Assembly (NCBI RefSeq): GCF_004010195.1
Contig: NC_057754.1
Span: 4,765,931-4,785,930, forward strand
Direction of reading: 5' to 3'
Length of the DNA stretch: 20,000 nucleotides
Origin: Chiloscyllium plagiosum
Taxonomy: Eukaryota
Shown piece after piece: positions 9,432 to 20,000 of the stretch. The notes below the pieces were generated by a model. The model was not told where the DNA came from. It did no database searches and was given only the letters and a program-made list of their open reading frames with translations. How positions within the stretch are numbered: position 1 is the first letter of the stretch; each line of letters starts with the position of its first letter. Position numbers and translations under genes: made by a program.

Positions 9432-10540
9432 TGATCGTTCAGGAATCACTAGAATCAGGGAGAGTCCCAGAGGGCTGGATAATCGCTAACGTGACACCCC
9501 TGTTTAAAAAGACTGAAAATTACAGACCGATCAGCCTAACCTCATTTGTGAATAAGATCCTGGAATCCATTGTGAAGAATGCGATTTCTGAATACTTGGA
9601 AGCATATAGTAAAATAGGACAAGCATGGTTTGATCAAGGGAATGTCATGCCTGACAAATCTGGTAGAATTCTTTGAGGAGGCAGGGAGGATGCAGAAATA
9701 TTTGGACAGGTTGGGAGAATGGGCAAAAAAGTGGCAGGTTTAGTACAACATGGGAAATGTGAGGTCATGCCCTTTGGTAGGAAGAATTGAGGCATGGACT
9801 GTTTTCTAAATGGGCAGAAAATTCAGAAGTCTGAAGTGCACAGAGATTTGGGAATTCTAGTCCAGGATTCTTTCAAGGTAAAGTTGCAGGTTGAGTCAGT
9901 AGTTAGGAAGGCAAATGCAATGATGGCATTTATTTTGAGAGGGCCTGAATATAAAAGCAGGGATGTACTTCTGCGGCTCTATAAGGGTCTGGTCAGACCA
10001 CATTCAGAGTATTGTACACAGTTTTGGGCCCCATATCTCAGGAAGGATGTACTGGCCATGGAGTGTGTTCAGAGGAGGTTCACGAGAATGGTCCCAGGAA
10101 TGAAACGCGTAACATGTGAAGAATGTTTGAGGACTCTGGGTTTATACTTGATGGACTTTAGAAGAATGAGGGGGGAATCTAATTGAAACACACAGAATAC
10201 TGAATGGACAGAGTAGATGTTGGGAAAACGTTTTCGTTGGTAGGAGAGACTAGGACTCGAGGGCATAGCCTTAGAGTAAAGAGAAGACATTTTAGAATGG
10301 AGATAAGGAGAAACTTCTTCAGCCAGAGAGTGGTGCATCTGTGGAATTCATTGCCACAGAAAGCTGTGGAGGCCAGGTCAATATGTATATTTAAGACTGA
10401 GATAAATGGGTTCTTGAAGATCAAGGGGAGAAAGCGGGAGAATGAGGTTGAGAAACTTATCAGCCATGATTGAATGGCGGAGCAGACTCAATAGGCTGAA
10501 TGGCCTAACTTCTTGTCCTATGTCTTATTGCCTTATGATT
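9431..10540 (+). mobile_element. CR1 ORF2 fragment and 3' UTR (copy B), RT core deleted
   Basis: [29 protein letters not shown]. ORFs 9794-10186 and 10204-10473 (RTRGHSLR...RRNFFSQRVVHLWNSLP). CR1 tail GGCTGAATGGCCTAACTTC...TCTTATTGCCTTATG. Confidence 0.92.
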
Positions 10541-10959
10541 TATGACCCCTGCCATAGCATAATGGTGAATATTATTAAGGAGAAAATTGAGCTTTTGAAT
10601 AGTCTGCTCTTTTTGCTGATAAGACTTCAAACTTTTGAGTAATAGTTGATTGAGAAATTTCAGAGTCATTGCTCTGAGTGGATGTGACTCAACTTCAACT
10701 CGTTCCTTTAGAGGAGGAGCAGTTGGGTTGAAAATTGTTCCCAAGCCTCAACATTAGAACTGAACCTTTCATTGCTCCAGAGTGAGATGTTTCTCTTGCT
10801 GTGTTAGCCTTTTTTGTGACCTGCTTAAGTGAGGTTGTTAGACTTGGGGCTATTTGATGTTCCTTGGCTGTATAACTACAAATCTGCTTATGTTTCAAAC
10901 TGCATTACTTTGCGAGAATGACCTTCTTTAGATCTGGAAAACTAACTTTATTGCCTTGA

Positions 10960-11012
10960 GAATCTTGCCAGGTCCTGCTGTGTTTCCCAGCACTTCTGTT
11001 CAGTGCTCAAAT
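10960..11012 (+). mobile_element. Possible degraded Penelope-like stub
   Basis: TTGCCAGGTCCTGCTGTGTTTCCCAGCAC resembles CTGTCTGAACTGCTGTGCCTTTCCAGCAC (2625-2653). Confidence 0.35.
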
Positions 11013-11124
11013 TCCATGATCAAAAAGGATAATTACTAAGTATTAGAATCAGGAATTGAACATTAAAGAAGAAGGTCTGTGTGCTGTGTAACTTTTCTGA
11101 CTCTACTACTGCTTCAACTACCTG

Positions 11125-11620
11125 CTGATGAAATCTGTGTCTTTGTTACTTCTTGACTAGTCTATTCCAACTTATTCTTGGCCAGCTATGTTTTACCCCA
11201 AAATTTGCTGCTCATATCCTAACTCGCGTTAAATTCCCAACCACAGATCATCCTCTGTACAATCTGAGTTAAATTGGTTCCTAATCAAGCATTAGTTTTA
11301 AAATTCACTTTCTTGTTTTCTGATCCCATTATGCTTCCTCCCTAATTTTGTAATCTCTTCTAGTCTCATAATCCTCAAAAATATTGACATTCTTCTAGTT
11401 CTGATCCGTTGAGCAGCCTTGAAATGAATGGCTGCACAGTTGGCTTATGCATCTTCAACTACAGAGCCCTAAATTCTGAAATTCTCTTCCTAAGTCTCTC
11501 CACCTCTCTAATCCTCTTTCCTCCTTTAAGACATTCCTTAAACCTATCTCTTCTATTGAGGTGTTGGTTACCTGCTGTAAAATCTCGTATGCAGCTTGGG
11601 TCAAATTTTACTTTGTTGTG
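11125..11620 (+). mobile_element. L2-type LINE 3' end, degraded
   Basis: Decayed L2 ORF2 C-terminal pattern (FVTSxLxYSN-like; TTTTAAAATTC; CCTTTAAGACATTCCTTAAACC). Homologous to 1625-2050 inverted. Confidence 0.7.
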
Positions 11621-11624
11621 TCAT

Positions 11625-11795
11625 GGTGTGAATATCCTGGAACACATTCCCTAAAAGCTTTGTGGATGTCCCTACACTAAATGGGACTGAAGTAGTTCAA
11701 GAAGGCAGTTCATCACTACCTTCTCAAAGGCAATTTGGGTTGGGCAATAAACGCTAAGTCAGCCAGCAAAATCCACATCTTTTTAATGAGTTAAA
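11625..11795 (+). mobile_element. CR1/L2-group LINE 3' terminus (family of 4616-5540)
   Basis: GTTCAAGAAGGCAGTTCATCACTACCTTCTCAAAGGCAATTTGGGTTGGGCAATAAA is reverse-complement similar to 3290-3345, 4625-4760 and 5550-5615. Confidence 0.8.
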
Positions 11796-11804
11796 GTAAA
11801 GATA

Positions 11805-11915
11805 TTAGAATTGTCCTTAGATGGAGCTGAGTAAGTGAAGGGAAAATCATTCAGGTTTTCTGCCCTGATCACTATTGCAGTGACACTTCAGTTAATCTAA
11901 CTGTAGATGTACATA
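11805..11915 (+). repeat. Old interspersed repeat fragment (probable SINE body), related to 16225-16520
   Basis: GGGAAAATCATTCAGGTTTTCTGCCCTGATCACTATTGCAGTGAC vs GGGAGGTCAACCAGGCTTTCTCTATGTCATTGTTATCCAGTTTC (16366-16410). Confidence 0.4.
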
Positions 11916-12384
11916 AAGTGATGTTAACATATCATCTCTCTGAATCCTACTGCAAACAGTATCTTTAACGTAAGTTAATTAAGAGAAACTAAATCTGTAA
12001 GTTGTACTGTAAAATTTACTAGAGCAAATCAAACTACAAAATGCACAGTATAATTATTGGCAGCAGATCGCAGGGCTGTCAAGGACATCCTAAGATCAGG
12101 GAATGCAGTTTAACCAATCTATGAGTGCCAGTGGATTAAAAGCCATAAATTCATGCCAGCTGTTCTTTTGTTCTGTGTGTAATATAAATTGAATTGTTTG
12201 TTTCTTTAACTTGAGTATCCTGAGATGTGGGAGTTTGTTTCTCTTCTGTTGCTGCCTACATACAACAATGGTTCACCCTTTACTGGAATGCATCTTATTT
12301 ATCTAAAGCATTTTTTCTCATGAATGATGGCCTTAGTCATAGTACCCACCACAGGCTATTGATCAAAAGTTTCAGATTATAAAC

Positions 12385-12655
12385 TTTATCCCAGTTTTCT
12401 TTCCTGGATAATAGCTGTACTTTATTAATTTATACTCCTTCTGGATCCATCTTTTGACTCTTTACTTATCCCATTATGATCTCCTTTGATTTGTTCCATA
12501 ATTCCTTTCATCATTTAATTTCTTCTGCCTTCCACCTTGCTCATGCATCTTCCCTTTTGTTTCTTTTTTGTCTCCTTCTCTCTGCCTCTTATACTTTCTA
12601 GCTTCCATCAAAGTTCATTCAGCTGTAATATTTCTCTCTCCACTGAGGCTGACTT
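12385..12655 (+). mobile_element. Old pyrimidine-rich repeat, probably a Penelope-like 3' region
   Basis: Pyrimidine-rich tract ending TTTCTCTCTCCACTGAGGCTGAC. Resembles a recalled shark PLE-type terminal repeat. Heavily decayed. Confidence 0.45.
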
Positions 12656-13345
12656 ATGAACAGATAAATTACAAGTGGAAATCAGCCATTCCACTCCCTG
12701 AGACTGTTCTGCCATTCAAGAAGATCTCGACTTGCATTGATTGTAGCTTCAGCTCTTGTTACCCGTTGACTCCTTTGTTACTTAAAAATCTTCTGCCTTA
12801 AAAATATTCAATGATTCTACTTCCACCTCTTCTGGGGAAAAGAATTCCATAGATTCATGACTCTCTGAGAGAGAAAAAATCATTTTAACTGGGAGAACCC
12901 TAGTTCTAGATTCATCAACAGAAAGAAACATCTTCTCAGAATCCATCCCACCAAATCCCCTCAAGATCTTATATGTTTCATTAATTTCACCTCCTTCTAA
13001 ACATCATTGATACAGGCTCAACCTCTCCAACGTTTCCTGGTAAGATAACCCCCTTTATCCCAGATTATTATTTTTTTAAATACAGAGGTTATATTAGCCA
13101 CCCTCCAATCTCCAGGACTGTTCCAGAATCTCCAGAACAACCAATATGTCCACTAATTCCATAGCCACCTCCTTTAGTAATCTGGGATGCAGCTGATCTG
13201 ACCCGAGGATTTTACCAGATTTCAGACCCACTAATTTCTCCAGCACTTTTTTTTTACAACTAATACTAATCTTCAATTCCTCCTACTCAAAAGACTCTTA
13301 CTTCCTTAGAATATGTAGGAAGTTATTTGTGTCTTCTTCTAAGAA
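12655..13345 (-). mobile_element. CR1 fragments (3' end and pre-RT region), with internal deletion
   Basis: ORF 12782-12964 (DSEKMFLSVDESRTR...VESLNIFKAE) and ORF 13094-13276 (VLEKLVGLKSGKILGSDQLHPRLLKEVAMELVD). Confidence 0.8.
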
Positions 13346-13702
13346 GGCATGGTGGCTCAGTGGTTAGCACTGCTGCCTCACAGTGCCAGGGATCCAGATT
13401 TGATTCCAAACCTAGGCAACTGTCTGGGTGGAGTTTGCACTTTCTCCCCGTGTCCATGTGGATTTCCTCTGGGTGCTCTGGTTTCCTCTCTCAGTCCAAA
13501 GATATGCAGATTAGGTAGATTGGCCATGCTAAACTGCCCCTAGTGTCCAGGAATGTGCAGGCTAGGTGGAGTAGCCATGGGAAATGCAAGATTACAGGAC
13601 TAGGGTCAGGTGAGGTTGGGTCTGGATGGGACGCTCTTTGAAGGGTTGGTCTGGACTTAATGGACTGAATGGTCTTCTTCCACACAAGGGATTCTGTGAT
13701 TC
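13346..13702 (+). mobile_element. HE1-like tRNA-derived V-SINE nested in CR1
   Basis: A box TGGCTCAGTGG (13353-13363), decayed B box, V-domain and GGGATTCTGTGATTC tail. Homologous to 4033-4346. Confidence 0.9.
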
Positions 13703-14160
13703 GATAAATTAAAGTAGTTCTTTTATTGCTCTGCTATTTCCTTGTTTTTGATTGTCGGTCCTGATGTAAGGGGATATTCATCTACATTAATCATTTTCTT
13801 TTTACATACACATAGAAGCTTATATTCTTTGCAAGTTGCTTTCATAATCTATCTTTTGCCCTCTTACTCAAACTCTTGCTGACTTCTACTGCTCCAAGTC
13901 CTCAGGCTTGCTATTTTACTTCATATGACACAATGTTGAATCTAATACTATTGTTAATTTATTTTATTAGATATGGTTTGCCTACTTTTCCCAGTCCTTT
14001 CAGCAAGAAGAATATATAGTTGTTGCAATATATGCATTCATTCTTTAAATATTAACATTGCATATTTTCTGACATGCCTTATAATGAGTTTATCTAGTTT
14101 ATCACTGCCAAAATATCCCTCAAACCTTTGTCTTTCCTTTTTCTCTCCTTTCATAGCTGG
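13703..14160 (-). mobile_element. Continuation of degraded CR1 ORF2 (between endonuclease and RT)
   Basis: AAAGTAGTTC...TTGCTCTGCTATTTCCTTGTT continues the CR1 antisense sequence interrupted at 13345, judged against recalled consensus. Confidence 0.5.
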
Positions 14161-14165
14161 CTCTT

Positions 14166-14191
14166 AGAATATAGAATATAGAAAAGTACAG
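14166..14191 (-). repeat. CR1-type tail stub (TAGAATA)n
   Basis: TAGAATATAGAATATAGAAAAGTACAG has the form of an antisense CR1 terminal repeat. Confidence 0.45.
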
Positions 14192-15364
14192 ATTCTGCAA
14201 TGTTAGTAGTCCTGGTCCACTGATCTACGGGAATAGTCTGGGAATAATGACTGTATATTTTGTTTTTTCATGTAAACACATGCATGTAATCGGTTGTGTG
14301 TATACATACATAGACACAGGCAGTTTTACGAGCACTAGAATCTCATGACAGATAGGTAGGCTCACTCCTGTCTGGAGGACAACCTCTTGCAAGTATATTT
14401 AACGTAAAGGAACAAATGTTTGATGGCTGGGAAGCGATTGGGCGATAAGAGCAACACTAATTTCCTCAGTTGTGTACTTTTTAGTGTTATGTATTAACTA
14501 TTAATTCTAACTAAATGCTTTCAGCAACTCAAAACTCAAGTGACAGAAGAAAACTTAGGACAAATAATTTGAGCAATTTAATTACTCTGGTTAGATCTGC
14601 TGCCAGTTTTCCATCCAGGATCCCCAATGCCCTAAAGAGTTCTAAGGAATTTTCAGGTCACGGTTGTACAGTTTTTCAAGACATATTGTTCTTACAATTA
14701 ATGAAAAGTAATCAGTCATTCATTCCGTATTGTTTAATTTTTTAGTTCAATTTTGTTTATTATATATGGCAAGAGGGGAAGTGGGAGAGTGAGTTTGGCT
14801 TCCACAGAATTTCACAATACATTTCAGGGTTATTAATTCAAAAAGATGTCACGTTCTATACACAGGCCTTTTAATTGAATAGATAGGTATTGTTGCATTA
14901 TTGAAAGTGGCAAAGGTCTGTGGACAGAAATGTTGCAGTCCCTTTTGGCCAGCAGGACACTTGCCCCCCACTGCTGTTAGTGCAGACACATTCAAATTGT
15001 GGGTACAACTCATAATCAGATTTGGGACGAAGTCAATGGAAATAAAGACATCTTACATTTGACTCAATGTCTGTACTCACATTTTACTTGTACCAAATTA
15101 GGTCAGTGCTCTTTCAAATGTGTGTGCTTATATAGTATTGAGAGAAATTTACCATGGGTTAAATGTTCCTACGGGAGTAGCGTTAATCACAATTTCCACT
15201 TGATAGAGACTCTAAAATGTGGAAAGTGGGTTTCACTGCACTGGTTTGGTTTAATCAAACTAACACATTTCCCTTTGAATGTACTGCAGAGCCTAATTGT
15301 AGTAACTAGTCTCAGTTTCATTCTGAACCTCCTGATTCTGAGTTACTTTTTCTTCCAGAAATAG

Positions 15365-15835
15365 ATGGAATTAAGATTCACACAAGATTGGGGTGGAACA
15401 AAGTTGTTTTGATCAGATGGGCTTCACTTGAACGGTGCTGTGCTCAGTGTCCTGGAAAATAGAATGACTAGGGTTGTAAAAAGGGTTTTACATTAGTGAG
15501 TTTAGGGCGATGGGGGGGCGCTGTTGTGCTTAGTAGGTGTTACACAGACTTAGAAAGCCAAAAGGTAAGGTGGCATCGCAGGGCAACTATTTTGATAATG
15601 ATACCTAGATTGGTACAGGAAAGGGACAGCGTGTTCAAGCATAAGAAAACAGTAGCTAATAGGGCCGAAGGGGCAAAAAAATGGTAAAAATGCAAACATA
15701 AGGGCTCTTAGTATTCAGAATAAAAGAATTGAAGGTGGATGTGAAGATTACGAGAACATTCATTGAATAACAGAGCTGACTTGATGGGCTAAATGGCCTA
15801 CTTCTGCTCCTACAACTTATCATTTTATGGTCTTT
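15365..15835 (+). mobile_element. Internally deleted CR1: ORF1 SGNH-esterase end, spacer and 3' tail
   Basis: 15416-15496 encodes DGLHLNGAVLSVLENRMTRVVKRVLH* (DxxH block V). CR1 tail CATTGAATAACAGAGC...GATGGGCTAAATGGCCTACTTCTGCTCCTA...TTATGGTCTT at 15761-15835 parallels 10466-10540. Confidence 0.75.
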
Positions 15836-16224
15836 TGATCCCAACTCTGCTTGCATTTTGAATGATTTGACCCATTATGTTAGTAATGTTTTTCTGAGAT
15901 TGATTCTGATTTGTTGGATGCATTTGTAGAGCACTGTTGATGGCCTGAAAGACTTTAGGTGAACGTTATGAGGGGCTGTGGGTAGCCATGTTAATAATGT
16001 ACCACCCAGTTGTACTTCCAGACTGAGAATGAATAGCTATTTCAAGTGCAGTTTATTGTGGGCAAAATGTTTTTCTGCTATTAGTTCCTCTTGATTACTA
16101 AATACTGTCCTGGAGTTTTTCGACAGTCCAAGGCTGCAATAGCTAAATATTACTTCTGTTTTTGTTCAAAGTAGCAGATTCAAGTAATACAGGGTAATTA
16201 AATACCTGCTAATTCTTATGATTT

Positions 16225-16520
16225 TGAGTCTGCAGTGATTGTGACACTGGAGCATTTGGACCTGAGATTTGTCCTTCATTTGATTTGTCTGTGCTGTTTT
16301 TGCTGATCTCAATTACACCATTGCTGCAATTAGCCTTTGTGCCCCTGGATTAGAGAGGGGTGGTGGGAGGTCAACCAGGCTTTCTCTATGTCATTGTTAT
16401 CCAGTTTCCCTTGTTGGAAAATGAGAGTGTACGATTGCCAGGTAAAAGTAGAATCAGTCTCCTCTGTACTACCCTCCTACATCAAATGACCCGTAAAACA
16501 TGCTGCTTAAGAACATGATC
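16225..16520 (+). repeat. Old interspersed repeat (probable SINE)
   Basis: GTCTGTGCTG...GCTGATCTCA...GCAATTAGCCTTTGTGCCCCTGGATTAG resembles a recalled shark repeat. Partial paralog at 11805-11915. Confidence 0.45.
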
Positions 16521-16649
16521 TAAGCTCATTTTGTCACAGGAGTAAGGAAATGTTTCATAGTTTGAAGCTTCCATCCTTACATTACATTGAGGCTATGTCA
16601 GTCTGTTTATGTGATTTGTGTTAGTATGTCTGTTTCTGAAGAAATAATT

Positions 16650-16760
16650 ATACAGAATGTAGAGACCATATGAACCAACTAGCCTGTGCTGTTACTTCTG
16701 CTTGACATGAGTCTTCATATCAGTATTTCCCCAAATCATTCCATTCCTTTTACTCTCTTT
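16650..16760 (-). mobile_element. Degraded CR1 3' tail
   Basis: TACAGAATGTAGAGACCATATGAACCAACTAGCCTGTGCTG resembles antisense CR1 termini (cf. 18110-18150). Confidence 0.35.
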
Positions 16761-18098
16761 GTAAATGTGAAATATTAGCTTATATTTGTTCATGACTTTC
16801 GCTGAAAATCTCTGATTTCAAATTAGGTTGTCAAATATTTTCTGTCTTTCACCCATTGTACTTTGTTAAGTGGTGCTGTTCTTTTATACTGAGCTTTAAC
16901 ACTCAATACTGTTGTACTTACTGATACTCAATACAAGCTACAGGGATATTTAATCCTCTAAGAGTCACCTTTGTGACAAGAGTCAAAGAATGGAAAAGAA
17001 GTATCTAAAGCTCTAGATGCAGAACAAGAATAGAATATTCCTGGAAAAAGAGACATGCTGTTGAAGTTTTTCATTATGCACAGATGCAAGAATGCCAAAA
17101 TATAGAGGAAACAGTAATTTATATTGCATGAGAAAAGGGTGCTCCTTGTTGGCAAGTTGATTTGGGTAGGTTGAGGCATTGCTGCAGAATAGTATTGTGA
17201 AGTGCAATTTCACCCAGAGACATACCTCTCAGCCAGAAGTGTACTGAAAGTTTGAAATTGTATACAGGCAATGTGGAACTAACAACACTGACTTTCTTGG
17301 TTGGGCTTCTTACATCCGATTTCATCTTTACGGCAGGATGTGACAGTTGGAACAGATCAGTTGAGAAATCTACTGACTTGGAGGCACTCATGCAGATAAA
17401 GAGTGGAGAGTGTCATCATCATTTATTGGACAAGCTTCTTAGTGAGGTGTGGATAACCAGTTGTAAAGGGAGATTTCTCAGTTTTTGTCAGTTTACTGCT
17501 TCAAATAACTCCTCTCACTTAAATCACTTATGCCACACAGCAAAGTCCAAACTAAAGTTGTAGATCTGGAACTTTTTCTCCTCTTGCCAATCCAGTGTTT
17601 AGAAATAACCTATCTTCCAGGATCTGATGGTGATTCATGTAGTGTAAGTAATGTTGGGTGATGAAATTTTATCCTTGATCAACTACGGACATGAGAGATA
17701 ATTTTATGAAATTTCATCTGCTAGGAGTGCAAATTATGGAGCATAATGGCAGAATGAAGCATTGATTTTTGAAATTATTTCCTAAAATTCCACTTCAAAC
17801 TTCTATTTATCTTTTGAAATTGAAATGCAGATCAAATAAACGGTGCTGATAAAGGAAACGAGACAGGTCTACCTGTGAATATGGATGAGTGAGGGTAATG
17901 CATTGAAATTCAAGAAGGATATACCATTTCTGCCAGTTATCTGAATTATAACTGTGGACTAAAATGTGGATATACATTTTCCCAAATAACTACTGTATTA
18001 CCTGCCTTTACTGGCTAGGACAAGCCACAGGCTTAATGGACTAAAGTGTCTGAAATTGCACAATGATTTGCTTATAAATAGAAATTATTGGTGGACTT

Positions 18099-18222
18099 TC
18101 ATAGAGCTGTACAGCATGGAAACAGACCCTTGGTCCAATTTGTCCATGCTTACCAGACATCCTAAATTAATCTAATCCCATTTGCTAGCATTTGACCCAT
18201 AGCCCTCTAAACTCTTACTATG
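18099..18222 (-). mobile_element. CR1 3'-terminal fragment
   Basis: TCATAGAGCTGTACAGCATGGAAACAGACCCTTGGTCCAA...CCCATAGCCCTCTAAAC. Same family as 4461-4545. Confidence 0.8.
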
Positions 18223-18587
18223 TTAGTTTTGTGGACAATCATTCATCTGTTATAAGTCTTAACAATCATCTTGTGAGACATTTGGGGATGGATTTTGGCA
18301 AGCAAAGCGAAAGGTTAAGTCTGGGAATGGACTGACTTGTTGGACCTAATTTGATAAAAAGTGCCTTGATACTTGATCCACGCTATTTGTGTGCATGCGT
18401 GTTTGTGTGTGTAGGGTAGCATGTAGGTTAGGCAGGAGGAAACAGTCTTACTGATGGTCATTGTGTGGTGTTTGAAACAGTTTTGTAATGAACAGAGGAG
18501 AGAGCTCTCAATTGTCTGGTTTGGCTTGAATAGAGCTGGGGAAAGGAGCATCATATGTAGAAAGAGCAGGACCATAAACAATGAATG

Positions 18588-19048
18588 TATATTATAGGAA
18601 GTGGCTACAGAGGTAGTGGATGCACTGTTTATAATCTTGTCGGATTTCTTAGATTCTGGAAAAGTCACGGGTGATTGGAAAACTGACAATGTAGCACCTT
18701 ATTTAGGAAGGGAAGGAGCCAAAAACCAGACAGTGATAGGCCAATTAGCTTAATATGTCTGTTATTGAGAAAATGTTAAGAGTCTATTATAAAGAATGCA
18801 AAAGCAGAGCATTTACAAATGCATAATATGGTCAATCAGAGCCAGTGTGGTTCCATGAAGGGGAAATCACGTCTGACAAATTTACTACAATTCTTTGAGG
18901 AGGCAGCAAGAGGGATAGATAAAGAAGAAGCAGTAGGTATATTTTCAGAAGGCATTTGATAGATTCCATACATTAGACTACTTAATAAGATTAGAGTCTG
19001 TGGTTTTGGAGGTAGAATATTAGCATGGTGATGTTGATTAACTGAGTT
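18588..19048 (+). mobile_element. CR1 ORF2 RT N-terminal fragment, degraded
   Basis: EVATEVVDALFII...DSGKVTGDWKTDNVAP; MKGKSRLTNLLQFFEE; FQKAFDKIPY. Parallel to 8815-9165. Confidence 0.88.
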
Positions 19049-19730
19049 ACATAGCTACAGGATTCATCTTTTTGGCTAGAGACTGCTTCCTCACACATTC
19101 TGCTGCAGTATCTTGTGAAGTCAAGCAGCCTTACTGAAACTATCCTGTTTGTCCGTGATATTCATTGATTTGTAGAGAAGCCTGTAAACTAATCTCAAAA
19201 ACAAGTTTCTTCTGCCCTCTTCCTCATAACAATGTGAAACACATTAGCTTTATATTTAGATAGAAAAGGCTGAATAAATTCTTGACTGAACTCCCTTTCA
19301 TCTGAAAAGTAAATGGATGGTTTGCAGTACTCCTGTTTACAGTGCGATACCAATAAGATTCTTCTGGGTGTTTGAAGACCCAAGAGGCTGCTGTCATTGT
19401 CTAAAAGTGTAATAAATCACACTTTGTTCTCAGTAAAACAATCTAAGCCTTCCTTTGATCGCTAACAGTCAGACCACTCGTGCCTATTGCTGGGCAGACT
19501 CAGAACAGGTCACATCAAGTCCTTTATTTACCCTAAATTCAAAATTACAGACCCAAGAATCCTTGAGAAACCTCAAAATTGTAAAGATGCACCAAGACTG
19601 CCTTGAAACTTTTTTGATGGGTCAGTGCTGATGGTTGGCAATATGGCATCATCCTGGATCTTGACATTTATCTTTCTATTGCTGAAGCAACTTTATGTTG
19701 CTGTAGCTGCCAGTTTCTCTGGCCCCATGG

Positions 19731-20000
19731 CCTTTTCCATCACTATTTTAAAACGAATAGAATTATGGTCACTGGCCCCAAAGTGCTCCCCCACTGACAC
19801 CTCAGTCACCTGCTCAGCCTTATTTCCCAAGAGTAGGTCAAGTTTTGCACCTTCTCTAGTAGGTACATCCACGTACTGAATCAGAAAATTGTCTTGTACA
19901 CACTTAAGAAATTCCTCTCCATCTAAACCTTTAACATTATGGCAGTCCCAGTTGATGTTTGGAAAGTTAAAATCCCCTACCATAACTACCCTATTATTCT
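19731..20000 (-). mobile_element. CR1 ORF2 AP-endonuclease fragment (runs off window end)
   Basis: Open frame with VGDFNFPNINW...PTREGAKLDLLL...SDHNSIRF, containing the catalytic GDFN and SDH motifs. Confidence 0.92.

Noticed and set aside
9233..9676. 147-aa ORF as a functional reverse transcriptase
   Set aside because: Chimera of two decayed CR1 copies with a frameshift and out-of-order motifs.
14999..15364. 121-aa ORF (likewise 6525-6851, 17252-17563 and 18315-18689)
   Set aside because: No recognisable domains and composition typical of random AT-rich frames; 18315-18689 is partly CR1 antisense.
1..20000. CRISPR array, prokaryotic operon or defence system
   Set aside because: No regularly spaced repeats or gene-dense coding; content is vertebrate retroposon-rich DNA.

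Overview
AT-rich, CpG-poor eukaryotic genomic DNA, most likely from an elasmobranch (shark). This is inferred from HE1-like V-SINEs and shark-type CR1, L2 and Rex1 repeats recognised from memory. Much of the window is decayed, often nested non-LTR retrotransposon debris: many CR1 fragments (ORF1 esterase end, endonuclease, RT, 3' tails), two L2 3' ends, a Rex1/Babar LINE, a second CR1/L2-group LINE family with a SINE sharing its tail, tRNA-derived SINEs and short Penelope-like pieces. No host gene could be identified. The longer ORFs are TE remnants or chance ORFs, although ~926-1360 resembles a terminal exon/3' UTR. The most interesting signal is a 93-bp insertion flanked by a perfect 12-bp duplication (305-397, minus strand) carrying a minimal hammerhead-ribozyme core. 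A second copy is nested in a CR1. I see no convincing evidence of a wholly new biological system. TE family names come from pattern recognition, not database searches, and boundaries are approximate.
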